DNA from: an uncultured virus (IMG/VR IMGVR_UViG_3300046534_001898)
Taxonomy: Duplodnaviria; Heunggongvirae; Uroviricota; Caudoviricetes
DNA: 64,000 nucleotides
Virus record (IMG/VR): IMGVR_UViG_3300046534_001898
Direction: 5' to 3' (one strand)
This document shows positions 1 through 10,027 of the stretch, piece after piece; positions within the stretch are counted from its first letter, which is position 1, and each line of letters begins with the position of its first letter. Position numbers and translations under genes: made by a program. Below the pieces are notes generated by a model. It saw only the letters and a list, made by a program, of their open reading frames with translations. It did not search any database and had not been told where the DNA came from.

Positions 1-8
1 ATAAAATT

Positions 9-1412
9 ATGGAGTCTCAAATTGAGACAGGAGTTCCTTACATGCTTTATAAGGATGCTGCGAATAAAAAATCAAACCAAAAGAACTTAGGTACGATCAA
101 ATCTTCTAACCTTTGTACTGAGATTATGCAGTATACAGACCCTCATAAAGAGATTGCTGTATGTAACCTTGCATCTATTGCGTTACCAAAGTTTCTAAAG
201 CAAACTAATAGGGCAAAAAACGTCTTAAACAAAGTTTGGGAGTATGACTATGAAAGATTGCATGAAGTGACTAAGATCATCGTTAAAAACCTTAACAAGG
301 TAATTGATCATAACTTCTACCCAGTAGAAGCTGCTAGGACTTCAAACTTGAAGCACAGACCGATAGCTTTGGGTGTTCAAGGGCTTGCTGATGTGTATGC
401 TAAAATGCATATCGCTTTTGATTCTGATGAAGCAAAGCAAATCAATAAGAACATTTTTGAAACGATTTATCATGCTGCGGTAGAATCTTCTGCTGATGCT
501 GCTAAAATTGAAGGTGCATATGAAACTTTTAAAGGTTCTGACATGTCTAAGGGTGTTTTTCAATTTGATCTTTGGGATCAAGCTGACAAGACAAAAGATG
601 GTTGGGAGTACTCTCCTATTAAGCTTTCTGAAGAGCTTTCTTATGATTGGGATTCATTGAAGGAAACAGTAAAGTCTACTGGAGTTAGAAACTCATTGTT
701 GGTAGGGCCGATGCCTACTGCTTCAACTTCTCAGATATTAGGAAACAACGAATGTTTTGAACCTTTCACTGCTAATATTTATAAGAGAAATCTTATATCG
801 GGAGAGTTTATTGTGATGAATAAGCATTTGATTGAAAGATTGGTAGCATTAGGGATGTGGAGTGATGAAGTTAAGCAGATTTTAATTGCTGCTAAAGGAT
901 CAGTTCAAAACATTGAAGGTATTCCAGAAGATGTTAAAGAAGTGTTTAAGACAGTTTGGGAAATCAAACAAAGTCATATCTTGGATATGGCAGCAGATCG
1001 TGGAGCATTCATTGATCAATCACAGTCAATGAACATATTTATGACTGGAGCTAATTTCAAAAAACTATCTTCTGCTCATATGTATGCATGGAAGAAGGGT
1101 CTTAAAACTGGAATGTATTACTTGAGAACTCAAGCCGCAACTGATGCGTCACAGTTCACAATTGATAAAAAATATAGAGACGCACAAAAAGTTGTGAAAG
1201 AGCCAACAGTGGTTCTTTCGGAAGCTTATAGAGCGCCTATGCCAAAAGAGGAATCTATTGAAGAAGAGGTTGTTCAATTGGTAGAAAATAGTGAAGTTCA
1301 ACCACCTCAAGCGATAACTGATAATGAGTTTGAGCAGAAGGTTTATGGTATTGATGAACTTCCTCCTAAGCCCACTGATTCGCAGTTTGACTGCATCGGA
1401 TGTGGTTCTTAA
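9..1412 (+). CDS. nrdA: Ribonucleotide reductase class Ia alpha subunit, C-terminal part (gene starts before the window)
   Basis: [40 protein letters not shown] motifs and a C-terminal CIGC. Confidence 0.97.
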   Translation: MESQIETGVPYMLYKDAANKKSNQKNLGTIKSSNLCTEIMQYTDPHKEIAVCNLASIALPKFLKQTNRAKNVLNKVWEYDYERLHEVTKIIVKNLNKVIDHNFYPVEAARTSNLKHRPIALGVQGLADVYAKMHIAFDSDEAKQINKNIFETIYHAAVESSADAAKIEGAYETFKGSDMSKGVFQFDLWDQADKTKDGWEYSPIKLSEELSYDWDSLKETVKSTGVRNSLLVGPMPTASTSQILGNNECFEPFTANIYKRNLISGEFIVMNKHLIERLVALGMWSDEVKQILIAAKGSVQNIEGIPEDVKEVFKTVWEIKQSHILDMAADRGAFIDQSQSMNIFMTGANFKKLSSAHMYAWKKGLKTGMYYLRTQAATDASQFTIDKKYRDAQKVVKEPTVVLSEAYRAPMPKEESIEEEVVQLVENSEVQPPQAITDNEFEQKVYGIDELPPKPTDSQFDCIGCGS

Positions 1413-1434
1413 TTTTTATTTTGTTGTTTAGCAT

Positions 1435-1458
1435 AAGAGGGGCATTAGTCCCTCTTTT
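1435..1458 (+). terminator. Intrinsic terminator after nrdA
   Basis: aagaggg/cctctt stem followed by a T-rich tract. Confidence 0.7.
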
Positions 1459-1484
1459 GTTTTTCTGACCATTTTTCTATATCT

Positions 1485-1982
1485 TTGTACAAAATTAGAA
1501 ACATGGCAAAGAGAAAATTCGACCACTTAGCATATAATGAATTTGATGGCAAAGCCAAAAGAGCATTAAAAAAATACTTAGAGAGACATAATTATACTCT
1601 AGTAGATGACGGTGAACATAAAGCTAAAGTAGATGCAATTTATCTTGATCCAGAAGGGAAAACTGTCGTGTTTGAAAATGAAGTTAGAATTTCAAAAACA
1701 TTCGATGCCATTATTAAAAGATTCCCAACTATTCATATTCCAAGTAGAAAGTATGTAAGTGAGTTTGATTATTACATGGTATGGAAAGGAGATTTCACTT
1801 CATTCATTTCTATTGATAAAGAGACTTTTCAAAGACATAGAGATACGCAGGTGGGAGTTACTTGTAAAGCCTCGGAAGTAAACCCTGTAGTTACTGAGCA
1901 GTTTATTGATATACCTAAGGGTGATTGTAAACTTTTTACTCTCAACGACAAAAAGATATTCAAAGCAGACTCTTTCAAATAA
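1485..1982 (+). CDS. Hypothetical protein, possible PD-(D/E)XK-like fold (real start probably the ATG at 1503)
   Basis: VDAIY...VFENEVR spacing resembles restriction-endonuclease-like motifs. Confidence 0.35.
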   Translation: MYKIRNMAKRKFDHLAYNEFDGKAKRALKKYLERHNYTLVDDGEHKAKVDAIYLDPEGKTVVFENEVRISKTFDAIIKRFPTIHIPSRKYVSEFDYYMVWKGDFTSFISIDKETFQRHRDTQVGVTCKASEVNPVVTEQFIDIPKGDCKLFTLNDKKIFKADSFK

Positions 1983-2677
1983 TCTTCTATATTTATAACA
2001 AAGACTTTTGTTATGAATAAGAAAGAAAGAAGGCTACAAGAAATACAAGAAAGAAAACATCAAATTTTAAACGAGATAGGTGAAAAGAAGAAACGATATA
2101 CTTTCGTGATGGATATGTATATCTACGCTAATGATGACCAACACGCTATCCAAACAGCTGAAAATATAGCTCAGAAGGAACGAAATGAGTGGGATAATCA
2201 AGCAAGAGTAAAGGAAGTTCATAGCACTCCTTTTGCGTCATCCGCAATCGATCAAATTTTTCCATAATTTTATTTGATATTCTCATTTATATTTTCTAAA
2301 TTTTATCACAAAACGATAAAGCAAGAAAATATGAAAAAGCCAGCATCAGGAAAAAAGAAGCAAGTTAAGCACAGAAATGCACGGAAGAGATTCGTCTCTA
2401 AAGCTCAAAAAGCTATTAGATTGAATAGGTATAGAGTTAAACTTGTTGAAAAAGCCAATATAGAAAAGAAAAGAAATGGAGAACTAAAGGAACTTATTTC
2501 AGAATACAATGATGCGTTGCAAGAAGCACAGAATCAGGCTGAAAAAAATGAAACCCAAGAACAAACTAACGAAGCCTTGTTTGACAATGAAGAGCCAAAA
2601 GAAGATTAATCTTTAAGGTTCTTCGTTTTGTTTTTGAGAAATACTCCTTCGGGGGTATTTTTTTTGTCTTTTATTCA

Positions 2678-2692
2678 CTATTTATAGGAAAT
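2678..2692 (+). promoter_or_regulatory. Example of the recurrent (C)TATTTA(T/C) putative late promoter motif
   Basis: Found in sense orientation shortly upstream of many starts on both strands (2703, 9301, 12242, 27276, 35990, 40661; minus strand 18003, 20134, 20912, 51904). Confidence 0.7.
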
Positions 2693-2702
2693 ATCATTCG
2701 CC

Positions 2703-3032
2703 ATGAGTAAATCTTTAGATAAAATTATTAATACCATTACAGAACAAGCGCAAGCTTTAGCTTCAACTATAGCTCCTCAGACTGCTCCTATAGCACCTAC
2801 TGTTGCTCCTGCACCACAGGCAACTGTAGTTTTGTTTGATAAAGGACAAGATGGCGAGTTTAAGGTAAAATTCTCCGAGAGAGGATTTTTAATCGATGGT
2901 ACTAGATTAAGTTTTGAATCTGTAGAGGATGCAATTTCTAAAAATTACAATATCCACTTGAATGGCGGTCAAGGTATTGTTCTGGATGCAGTTCGTATGC
3001 AGAAAATTCTTAAATATAAAGGTAGAGTATAA
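2703..3032 (+). CDS. Hypothetical protein, putative late gene
   Basis: Open ORF preceded by the CTATTTAT motif. Confidence 0.6.
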   Translation: MSKSLDKIINTITEQAQALASTIAPQTAPIAPTVAPAPQATVVLFDKGQDGEFKVKFSERGFLIDGTRLSFESVEDAISKNYNIHLNGGQGIVLDAVRMQKILKYKGRV

Positions 3033-3709
3033 TGTTGAGAAGAGAAATTAGAAATATGATTTTTGAAGCTTTGGCGACAGCTCATTATGAACAGGAGAAA
3101 AATGGTTATAGATTGAAAGATTTATATCGATCTGGTCAAATGTCTAAAGAGGCTTATGTGGATATACTTGGTAAGTTGAATTATTTAGAGGGCATAGAAT
3201 TTCCGATAGCTGATATCGCTCTTAAAGTATTCTCATCCCCAACCACCTACACCACAAGTGAGCCTAATAACAAAAGTTACGCTGGAAATGAATTTTGGAT
3301 CGTTCTAGATAACAACAAAATCCTATCGTTAATGAATCGCCCGTTAAAGAAACGCCCTATGAATGCGGATTATTACTTAACTTTTGAATACATTAGTAAA
3401 TTAGATAAAAAAGAATTAACTTTGCATGATCTTAATCCAGCTAATAAGGAAAAAAAGGTTGGAGCAAGATTTCTTAGGCAGTTAGAAAAGCTACCTAAGT
3501 TAAATATAGGCTCTCGTGATTGGTTCATAGACTCCGATAAAGAACTTGCTTACCCGCAAAAAGATGTAAGCAAACGCATTTCTTTCGACAGACTTTTAGA
3601 TTTAGCAACTTCAGATTCTGACTTTGCAAAGTTAGAACCGTTAATACAGGAAAGAAATGAAAGACGAAATGAAAGACTCGACAAAAGAGACGCAAGAACA
3701 CATCTCTAA
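3032..3709 (+). CDS. Hypothetical protein
   Basis: 225-aa ORF coupled to the previous gene (TAATG overlap). Confidence 0.6.
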   Translation: MLRREIRNMIFEALATAHYEQEKNGYRLKDLYRSGQMSKEAYVDILGKLNYLEGIEFPIADIALKVFSSPTTYTTSEPNNKSYAGNEFWIVLDNNKILSLMNRPLKKRPMNADYYLTFEYISKLDKKELTLHDLNPANKEKKVGARFLRQLEKLPKLNIGSRDWFIDSDKELAYPQKDVSKRISFDRLLDLATSDSDFAKLEPLIQERNERRNERLDKRDARTHL

Positions 3710-4121
3710 AGTAGCAAAGCATCTTGCTGGAGCTTCAATAGAGCTTCTTAATAGAGCTAGAGTACACGATGACTCAAAACTGCAAACTCCTGAGAAAGAA
3801 TTATTTGATAAGTACACTCATGTACTAGATAAGGTTAAGTACGATTCTCCAGAGTATCATGAATGTTTAAAAGGTCTTAAACCCGCTTTAGATCACCACT
3901 ACGCAAATAACACTCACCACCCACAATACTATGAAAATGGAATTGATGGAATGGATTTGTTTGATGTTATGGAAATGTTCTGGGACTGGTGCGCAGCTAC
4001 CGAAAGAACTAAAGACGGAGACATTAGAAAGTCTATAGAAATAAACAAGGGCAGATTTGAAATGTCTGATCAACTTGCTTCTATTTTTATGAATACTGTA
4101 GATCGTTACTATAAGAAGTAA
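3657..4121 (+). CDS. HD-like phage protein (DUF5662-like)
   Basis: H...HDDSK...HHYANNTHHP...DW pattern. Confidence 0.7.
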   Translation: MKDEMKDSTKETQEHISKVAKHLAGASIELLNRARVHDDSKLQTPEKELFDKYTHVLDKVKYDSPEYHECLKGLKPALDHHYANNTHHPQYYENGIDGMDLFDVMEMFWDWCAATERTKDGDIRKSIEINKGRFEMSDQLASIFMNTVDRYYKK

Positions 4122-4152
4122 CATTCCCTCATTTTTTACGTTGTAAGACTAC

Positions 4153-4959
4153 ATGACACAAGAAGGTCACATATTTGATATGGATGATACTTTATTGGTA
4201 TCTCCTTATGTTACAGATTTTGTAAAATTTGATAACAAAGGAATACTAGTGTCTGATCCTAAATTTAGAGAGAAGACTATCGAATACAATATTCACAGGT
4301 TTTGTCGAAAAGTTGTATTGATGGTTTCTGATCTATTCTCTTTAGAAGTCTTTCTAAAAAAACAAAAGGATTACATCATAGTTTGTGATAAAGCAACGGG
4401 AGAGCCTTGTTCTGATCAGTTGATTGATAGCATTCAGAAATTGATAGAAGTAACCGATTTCATGAAGCCTTCTGAAGTAAAGGAGGATTTTTCTTTTGAT
4501 AAGTTTGAGATCAAAGAGATGGATGGGTGGTTTGATGTTGAAGATTCTTTTGTTATTCTTAATGAACCTAGAGGTTTCTACTCATACCAAGATACTATTG
4601 GTATGGAGGGCAATGAGCCTGTGCTTGATATTTACCATAATGTCAAGAATAAAGCCATTCTTACGGGTAGAAACATAAGTCTTCATGGGGACATTGTTAG
4701 AAAATTATTGTATATGGGTATGGATTTACCTAATTATGCTCTATATTGTTTCGATGGTCGTTATAATAAAAATATAAAGCAGTTTAAAGCTGAAGTTGTA
4801 AATATGTTGATTGACCAAAATAATTGGAATGTCGTTCATATGTACGAGGATAAGCTTAATTGGCTTGATTTTATTGAAGCGGCAGTAAAAGAGAAAAACC
4901 CAGAAGTTGAATTTATTGGACACTATATTAGAAACGTTAAAGATAGGAGGGTTATATAG
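4153..4959 (+). CDS. HAD-superfamily phosphatase, similar to the RNA-repair-associated Swiss-army-knife HAD domain
   Basis: FDMDDTL, LTGR, K and YED motifs. Confidence 0.65.
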   Translation: MTQEGHIFDMDDTLLVSPYVTDFVKFDNKGILVSDPKFREKTIEYNIHRFCRKVVLMVSDLFSLEVFLKKQKDYIIVCDKATGEPCSDQLIDSIQKLIEVTDFMKPSEVKEDFSFDKFEIKEMDGWFDVEDSFVILNEPRGFYSYQDTIGMEGNEPVLDIYHNVKNKAILTGRNISLHGDIVRKLLYMGMDLPNYALYCFDGRYNKNIKQFKAEVVNMLIDQNNWNVVHMYEDKLNWLDFIEAAVKEKNPEVEFIGHYIRNVKDRRVI

Positions 4960-5029
4960 CCCTCTAATTTGGTTTTTAATTAAAAGTTTACTATCTTTGT
5001 TTAAATTAAAAACAAAAGGTAAGAACAAG

Positions 5030-5617
5030 ATGTCAGTAAATCAAACCCCTCCTCCACCACCGCCAACGGCTAGAAAGCCTTTGAAACAAAGTGTGCAGGA
5101 AATTAGAGAAGGTAGCGCACCACAATCTCCGACTAATATTGTAGCGGTAAATGCTCCTGCGGTAAATGTAGTGGCACAACCATCTGCTCCAGTTACCGAC
5201 TTTTCTAAAATTAAGAAGATAAGTAGTATTGTTCCTCCAATTAATAGAGTGGAAGAGACTGTGGTTCAACAACCACAAGTTGCTGCTCCTCAGCCCCCTA
5301 CGCAAAACCCTGCTCCAGTTTCACCTCAACAAGTGAGTCAGGATCAGGGTTTTTATACTCCACCTACTTATTACGAGGGAGGAAGTGAAACTAGTGGATA
5401 TATTGAGTTCGATCTTCAATCTTATAGACAAAGAGGTGTTGAGGAAAGATTTCTAAACATTTCCCTAGTAGGGTTATTGGAAGAATTGGGTGTAGATGAT
5501 CAAGATATCGCTAGTGCAGCGGTAGGTAATGTTGCCAGAAATACCATGCGTATTTCTGATAGAGCGCAATTTGACGCTCTTAAAACTTTCTTCAACTCTT
5601 TGGAGTGGGAGGATTAA
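5030..5617 (+). CDS. Pro/Gln-rich hypothetical protein
   Basis: ATG at 5030 (MSVNQTPPPP) downstream of a TATCTTTG box. Confidence 0.6.
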   Translation: MSVNQTPPPPPPTARKPLKQSVQEIREGSAPQSPTNIVAVNAPAVNVVAQPSAPVTDFSKIKKISSIVPPINRVEETVVQQPQVAAPQPPTQNPAPVSPQQVSQDQGFYTPPTYYEGGSETSGYIEFDLQSYRQRGVEERFLNISLVGLLEELGVDDQDIASAAVGNVARNTMRISDRAQFDALKTFFNSLEWED

Positions 5618-5648
5618 TCAAATAGACTAAAACTAAAACAAGGCAAAA

Positions 5649-6554
5649 ATGAAGAGTGGAAAGGATAACTACTACAAGGATAGTGATGTGATGAAAATGT
5701 TCTATAAGGACATTAAGAAAACCGAAGTACTAAGTGCAGAGGAACAAATTGAACTCGCTGTTAAAGCGAAAGCGGGAGATACAAGTGCAATGCACAAATT
5801 ATGTGAAACGAACCTTAGGTTCGTTGTATCAATAGCTAAAGAATACCTAGCAACTGGAATTGCTCTCGAAGACTTAGTAAACGAAGGAAATATTGGACTG
5901 ATTAGTGCGATAGATAGATTTGATGAAACTAGAGGAATTAGATTTATTTCCTATGCCGTATGGTGGGTTCGACAATCAATCACAAAAATGATATACGAAC
6001 AAGGATCAAATGTTCGTTTACCAATCAATAAGATCAACGCAATCAATAAAATTACAAAAGCTAAAGAAAGGCTTTACCAACAACTTGGTAGAGAGCCATC
6101 TTCTAAGGAGATTGTAAGTTTTATCAACAAAGACATATCTCTAGAAGATATGAAATCAATTTCTACTAAACCTTTTACAGAAAACGATATTCGTTCCGTA
6201 GAAAGAAATGGGAATTTTGAAGTTTCTATTGATGATAAAATTGATGAGGAATCAGGAGCTTCCGTTGGCGACATGATTGCTGGAGATGCTTTCGAAGTAA
6301 TGGAATATGACCTCAATGTTCAATCTTTAAAGTCTGAGATTTCAGACGTGCTTGAAGGGCTGGATGAAAGAAGTTCAAAAATCATTTGCATGTATTATGG
6401 AATCAATGGCGAAACCCCAATGACACTGAATGAAATCGGTGAAACTTTAGGGTTGACCAATGAAAGAGTTAGACAAATCAAGGAAGCATCTTTAAGTCAA
6501 TTGCGTACTTTCGATAACTCTGAAAAACTAAGAGACTTTATTACTGTTGGATAA
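5649..6554 (+). CDS. RNA polymerase sigma70 factor, RpoD/SigA family, lacking region 1.1
   Basis: NLRFVVSIAK, DLVNEGNIGL, FISYAVWWVRQ, TLNEIG...ERVRQI. Confidence 0.95.
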   Translation: MKSGKDNYYKDSDVMKMFYKDIKKTEVLSAEEQIELAVKAKAGDTSAMHKLCETNLRFVVSIAKEYLATGIALEDLVNEGNIGLISAIDRFDETRGIRFISYAVWWVRQSITKMIYEQGSNVRLPINKINAINKITKAKERLYQQLGREPSSKEIVSFINKDISLEDMKSISTKPFTENDIRSVERNGNFEVSIDDKIDEESGASVGDMIAGDAFEVMEYDLNVQSLKSEISDVLEGLDERSSKIICMYYGINGETPMTLNEIGETLGLTNERVRQIKEASLSQLRTFDNSEKLRDFITVG

Positions 6555-6835
6555 TGGAAGAGGTTTATAAGTTAAAAGAAGACTTATTCACTAAAGACAA
6601 CAATTACATTCCTTCTGGAACTCTTTTTTGCCTTCATAAAGAGGGTGAGGGGAAGAATTGTTATGTCTCAGTGTTTGATTCTGAAACAAAGATTGTTTGG
6701 ATAAGTTCTGATGATTTAGAAAGTCAGGGTAAACAAGAGATTGAAACTGATCCTTTTTTGAAAAAAATCTTATTTTTATTAGACAATTAGAAAAAAGTTG
6801 TATATTCGCACTCAGCAAACTCATAATATACAGAC

Positions 6836-7672
6836 ATGAATATTCAAATTGAAAAGCCTGTAGTTGTACTTAAAGTGCATACTACGGGAAGAAACACAGA
6901 CAAGGACAGAATTGTACAACTTTCTGTTACTAAGTATGTTAACGGTCAAGACCCTGTTAGTAATACTAGATTAATCAACCCAGAAATGCCAATTCCAGAA
7001 GATGCTAGTGAGTATCACGGTATTACTGATGAACAAGTAGCTGGGGCAAAAACATTTGCTCAGGTAGCTTCTAAGTTGTCTCAGTTTATTGGAGACTCAG
7101 ATATTTTAGGATTTGGAATTACTTTTGATGTATCTATTCTATCGGAAGAGATGAATAGAGCAAATGTTCCCTTTCCTTTAAAGGAAAGAAGAATTGTAAA
7201 TCTTTCTGAAATTTACAACAAATTAAAGCCTAGAGATATCTACGCAGCAATCGAAGAGTTTACTGGTAAGCCTGTAAGTGCTGATAGAACATTTTCAGCA
7301 GAAGAATACAATAGAGCATCTATCGCTATTGTAGATGGAATGATGTCTCAGTATAATGGGAAGACGTTTACTGACCGTTCAGGAGTTGAACATCAAGTGG
7401 AGAACACTGTAGATAGTCTTCATGAGATTTTCTCAGGATCAAAATCTAAAGTGGACTTCAAGGGAAATATTATCCTTAACAAGCAGAAGAGACCAGTTTT
7501 CAGAGCAGGTAAATATAAAGATCAAGTTGTTACTGAAGTGTTTTCTACCAAAGAAGGAAAAGGTTATTATGATTGGATCATAAACAAGAGTGAATACCCT
7601 CAAGACACTAAAGAGGTATTTATGCAATTGTTTAATTCAACATTAAATTCTCAAGAGGAAGTAACTCAATAA
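6836..7672 (+). CDS. DnaQ/DEDDh exonuclease-like protein with a degenerate active site
   Basis: TTG...DRIVQLS...INPEMPIP...HGITDE...F...FD scaffold; ExoI acidic residues replaced. Confidence 0.8.
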   Translation: MNIQIEKPVVVLKVHTTGRNTDKDRIVQLSVTKYVNGQDPVSNTRLINPEMPIPEDASEYHGITDEQVAGAKTFAQVASKLSQFIGDSDILGFGITFDVSILSEEMNRANVPFPLKERRIVNLSEIYNKLKPRDIYAAIEEFTGKPVSADRTFSAEEYNRASIAIVDGMMSQYNGKTFTDRSGVEHQVENTVDSLHEIFSGSKSKVDFKGNIILNKQKRPVFRAGKYKDQVVTEVFSTKEGKGYYDWIINKSEYPQDTKEVFMQLFNSTLNSQEEVTQ

Positions 7673-7677
7673 TTAGT

Positions 7678-9183
7678 ATGGCTAAGAGCAAGAAAAACTC
7701 TGCCCCAAAAGAGCAGATGAGCTTGTTGGATGAAATCGAGAAAGTCGAGTATCCTTTAACAGGTGAACAAGATACGTTTATTAATTACAAAGGCAGGGAT
7801 TCAGTTCTTTGTCTAGCAAGTGCGGGGTCTGGAAAGACCTTCTCTTGTGTAAAGAGGCTACAAGGCTTATTGGCTCGTGGTGTTGATCCGAAGAAGATCA
7901 TGTTTGTGTCGTTCACTAAAGCTGCAACGGAAGAGTTGAAGCAGCGTATAGGTAGAGATGATATTCGAATCACCACTGTACACGCATATTGTGTGCATGT
8001 ACTTGCTTCTGCTCAGAAGTTTAAAACTTTGACAAACTTCTTTAGCTTCATACGTTGGTATGAAAAAGAACATAAACCACCTGCAAGAGCTACTGAAGGT
8101 GATCGCATCGAATTCCGTGAGAACATTAGCTTAATGTATGATGAATGGGAATTGATTTCTTCTAAGATATCTGCTTTCAAACTCCAAAAGGCAGAGGACA
8201 ATATCACCATGCTTCCTTCTCCATATCATAATGAATATGAAAAGTATCAAAGGAAGAGTGGTACTAGAGATTTTTCTGACATGTTGATTGAGGTGCATGA
8301 GTTATTCAAAAAGAATAATTGGTTGAAGCGTTTTAAGGACAAATACGACTATATTTTTATTGATGAGTTCCAAGATACCTCTGCCATCCAAATGCGCATC
8401 ATGTTGGCTCTAAACGCCAAATACTACTATATGATTGGTGATCTCTATCAATCTCTATATGGTTACTCTGGATCAGACTGTCAATACAATATTAATTTAG
8501 TTAAGAAAAGGAGAAAAGTTATTGAGATGACTTTAACCAAAAACTTCCGTAGTGGAGTTGATATCGTTAATAATTCTAACAACTTTTCTGAATTGAATGC
8601 TACCCCATCTAAAGTGGAAAATGGTGAAATCGATCCTGAAATTAAGCTTGACATGGAAGACTTAGTTGAGATATTAGATAGAGAAGGAGAAGTTGCCGTG
8701 TTAGTGAGAACAAATGATATTATCAAAAAGATGGAATATATTCTTCTTAAGAAGAAATATCCAATGAGGTACTTTAACTACTTTACTCAGGATGACGTAA
8801 AGCTAATTCGAGAGAAAGATTTAGATAAAGAGGATGGAAATAGAGTTTTAAAGAGGAAGTGGAAATCTGTAGAAGACGTGTTCGGAACTCCGCTTCAGTT
8901 AATGAATTTCTTGGAATCTAATAGAAAATCTAAAAAGTTCATCACAACTATCCATAAAAGCAAAGGTAGAGAATATGACGCTGTAGTGGTAGTTAATTCT
9001 ATTTCTCCAGAATTATTGTATGAAAACCGACATAGAGTAGCCAATATTAATAGTAAGAAGTATTTAAAGAAGGTATCGTTCACCTACGGTGATTTAAACA
9101 GAGAAGCCCAAAACATTCATTATGTTGCGGTGACGAGACCAAAAGAAAAACTTTATTACATGTTATATGGCAAGGGTATTTGA
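7678..9183 (+). CDS. UvrD/Rep-family SF1 helicase
   Basis: ASAGSGKT, DEFQD, GDLYQSLY, NFRS, TIHKSKGREY, YVAVTR. Confidence 0.95.
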   Translation: MAKSKKNSAPKEQMSLLDEIEKVEYPLTGEQDTFINYKGRDSVLCLASAGSGKTFSCVKRLQGLLARGVDPKKIMFVSFTKAATEELKQRIGRDDIRITTVHAYCVHVLASAQKFKTLTNFFSFIRWYEKEHKPPARATEGDRIEFRENISLMYDEWELISSKISAFKLQKAEDNITMLPSPYHNEYEKYQRKSGTRDFSDMLIEVHELFKKNNWLKRFKDKYDYIFIDEFQDTSAIQMRIMLALNAKYYYMIGDLYQSLYGYSGSDCQYNINLVKKRRKVIEMTLTKNFRSGVDIVNNSNNFSELNATPSKVENGEIDPEIKLDMEDLVEILDREGEVAVLVRTNDIIKKMEYILLKKKYPMRYFNYFTQDDVKLIREKDLDKEDGNRVLKRKWKSVEDVFGTPLQLMNFLESNRKSKKFITTIHKSKGREYDAVVVVNSISPELLYENRHRVANINSKKYLKKVSFTYGDLNREAQNIHYVAVTRPKEKLYYMLYGKGI

Positions 9184-9300
9184 TATTATCGTATCGATCT
9201 TATGGTTGATAATTATTTCTCCATTCCTTATTATTGGACTCTTCTTTTTTCTAATTCTCCTTGTATTGGATAATTAAGAAAAAGAGTCTATTTATAAGAA

Positions 9301-9738
9301 ATGATTAGTCAGAAAATAATAGCAGCAGGTGTATTACCGATCTGTCCAGACACTGGGCGTGTTCTTCTAAATCTTAGGGGAGCAAATCAACCTGAACCAT
9401 TAACTTGGTCTTGTTGGGGAGGTAAGTTTGAAAAAGGAGTCGATAACACTCCTAAGGATTGTGCCAAAAGAGAGTTTTGGGAAGAGAGTAGATGTGATCG
9501 ACTTTACACAATTAGTGAAAAAGAGTTTTATTTTTATGATAGTAACCATGTTCAATTCTGGACATACATCGGAGTCTTCCGAGAAGAGTTTATTCCAAAT
9601 ATCGAAATAGAAAAAGAAGCCCAGAGTTATGGGTGGTTTGAATTAGACCATTTACCTCGACCTCTACTAGGTGGTTTCGAGCAAATGCTAGATGAAAGAA
9701 TGGGAGATTTAAAGGAAATAGCAAGAAGGTTAAGATAA
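9301..9738 (+). CDS. NUDIX hydrolase
   Basis: GGKFE...CAKREFWEES Nudix box. Confidence 0.9.
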   Translation: MISQKIIAAGVLPICPDTGRVLLNLRGANQPEPLTWSCWGGKFEKGVDNTPKDCAKREFWEESRCDRLYTISEKEFYFYDSNHVQFWTYIGVFREEFIPNIEIEKEAQSYGWFELDHLPRPLLGGFEQMLDERMGDLKEIARRLR

Positions 9739-10027
9739 TATTTCTTATATTTGCTTTAAAATTAGAATAAATGAGCGAAATAGCAGAAGTATTACCTAAC
9801 GGAACATATCATACAGAGATAGGCTTAATCTTTGAATCTTATCTTAAGAAAGATGCCGAAGCAGCAATTGCAGTTATAAATACAGAAAATGACAATAAGA
9901 TCATTTTAGACATGAACTACGATAAAGTAGTTTTTGGACACGACATGAAAATCTATAAGATTGGTCAAGACGGAACTTTAACGCCAATTGATAATCCAAA
10001 ATTCAAAGCTGTTCCTATTAAGAAGAT

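Noticed and set aside
9..1412. Intron or intein in nrdA
   Set aside because: The visible part reads continuously through the expected motifs.
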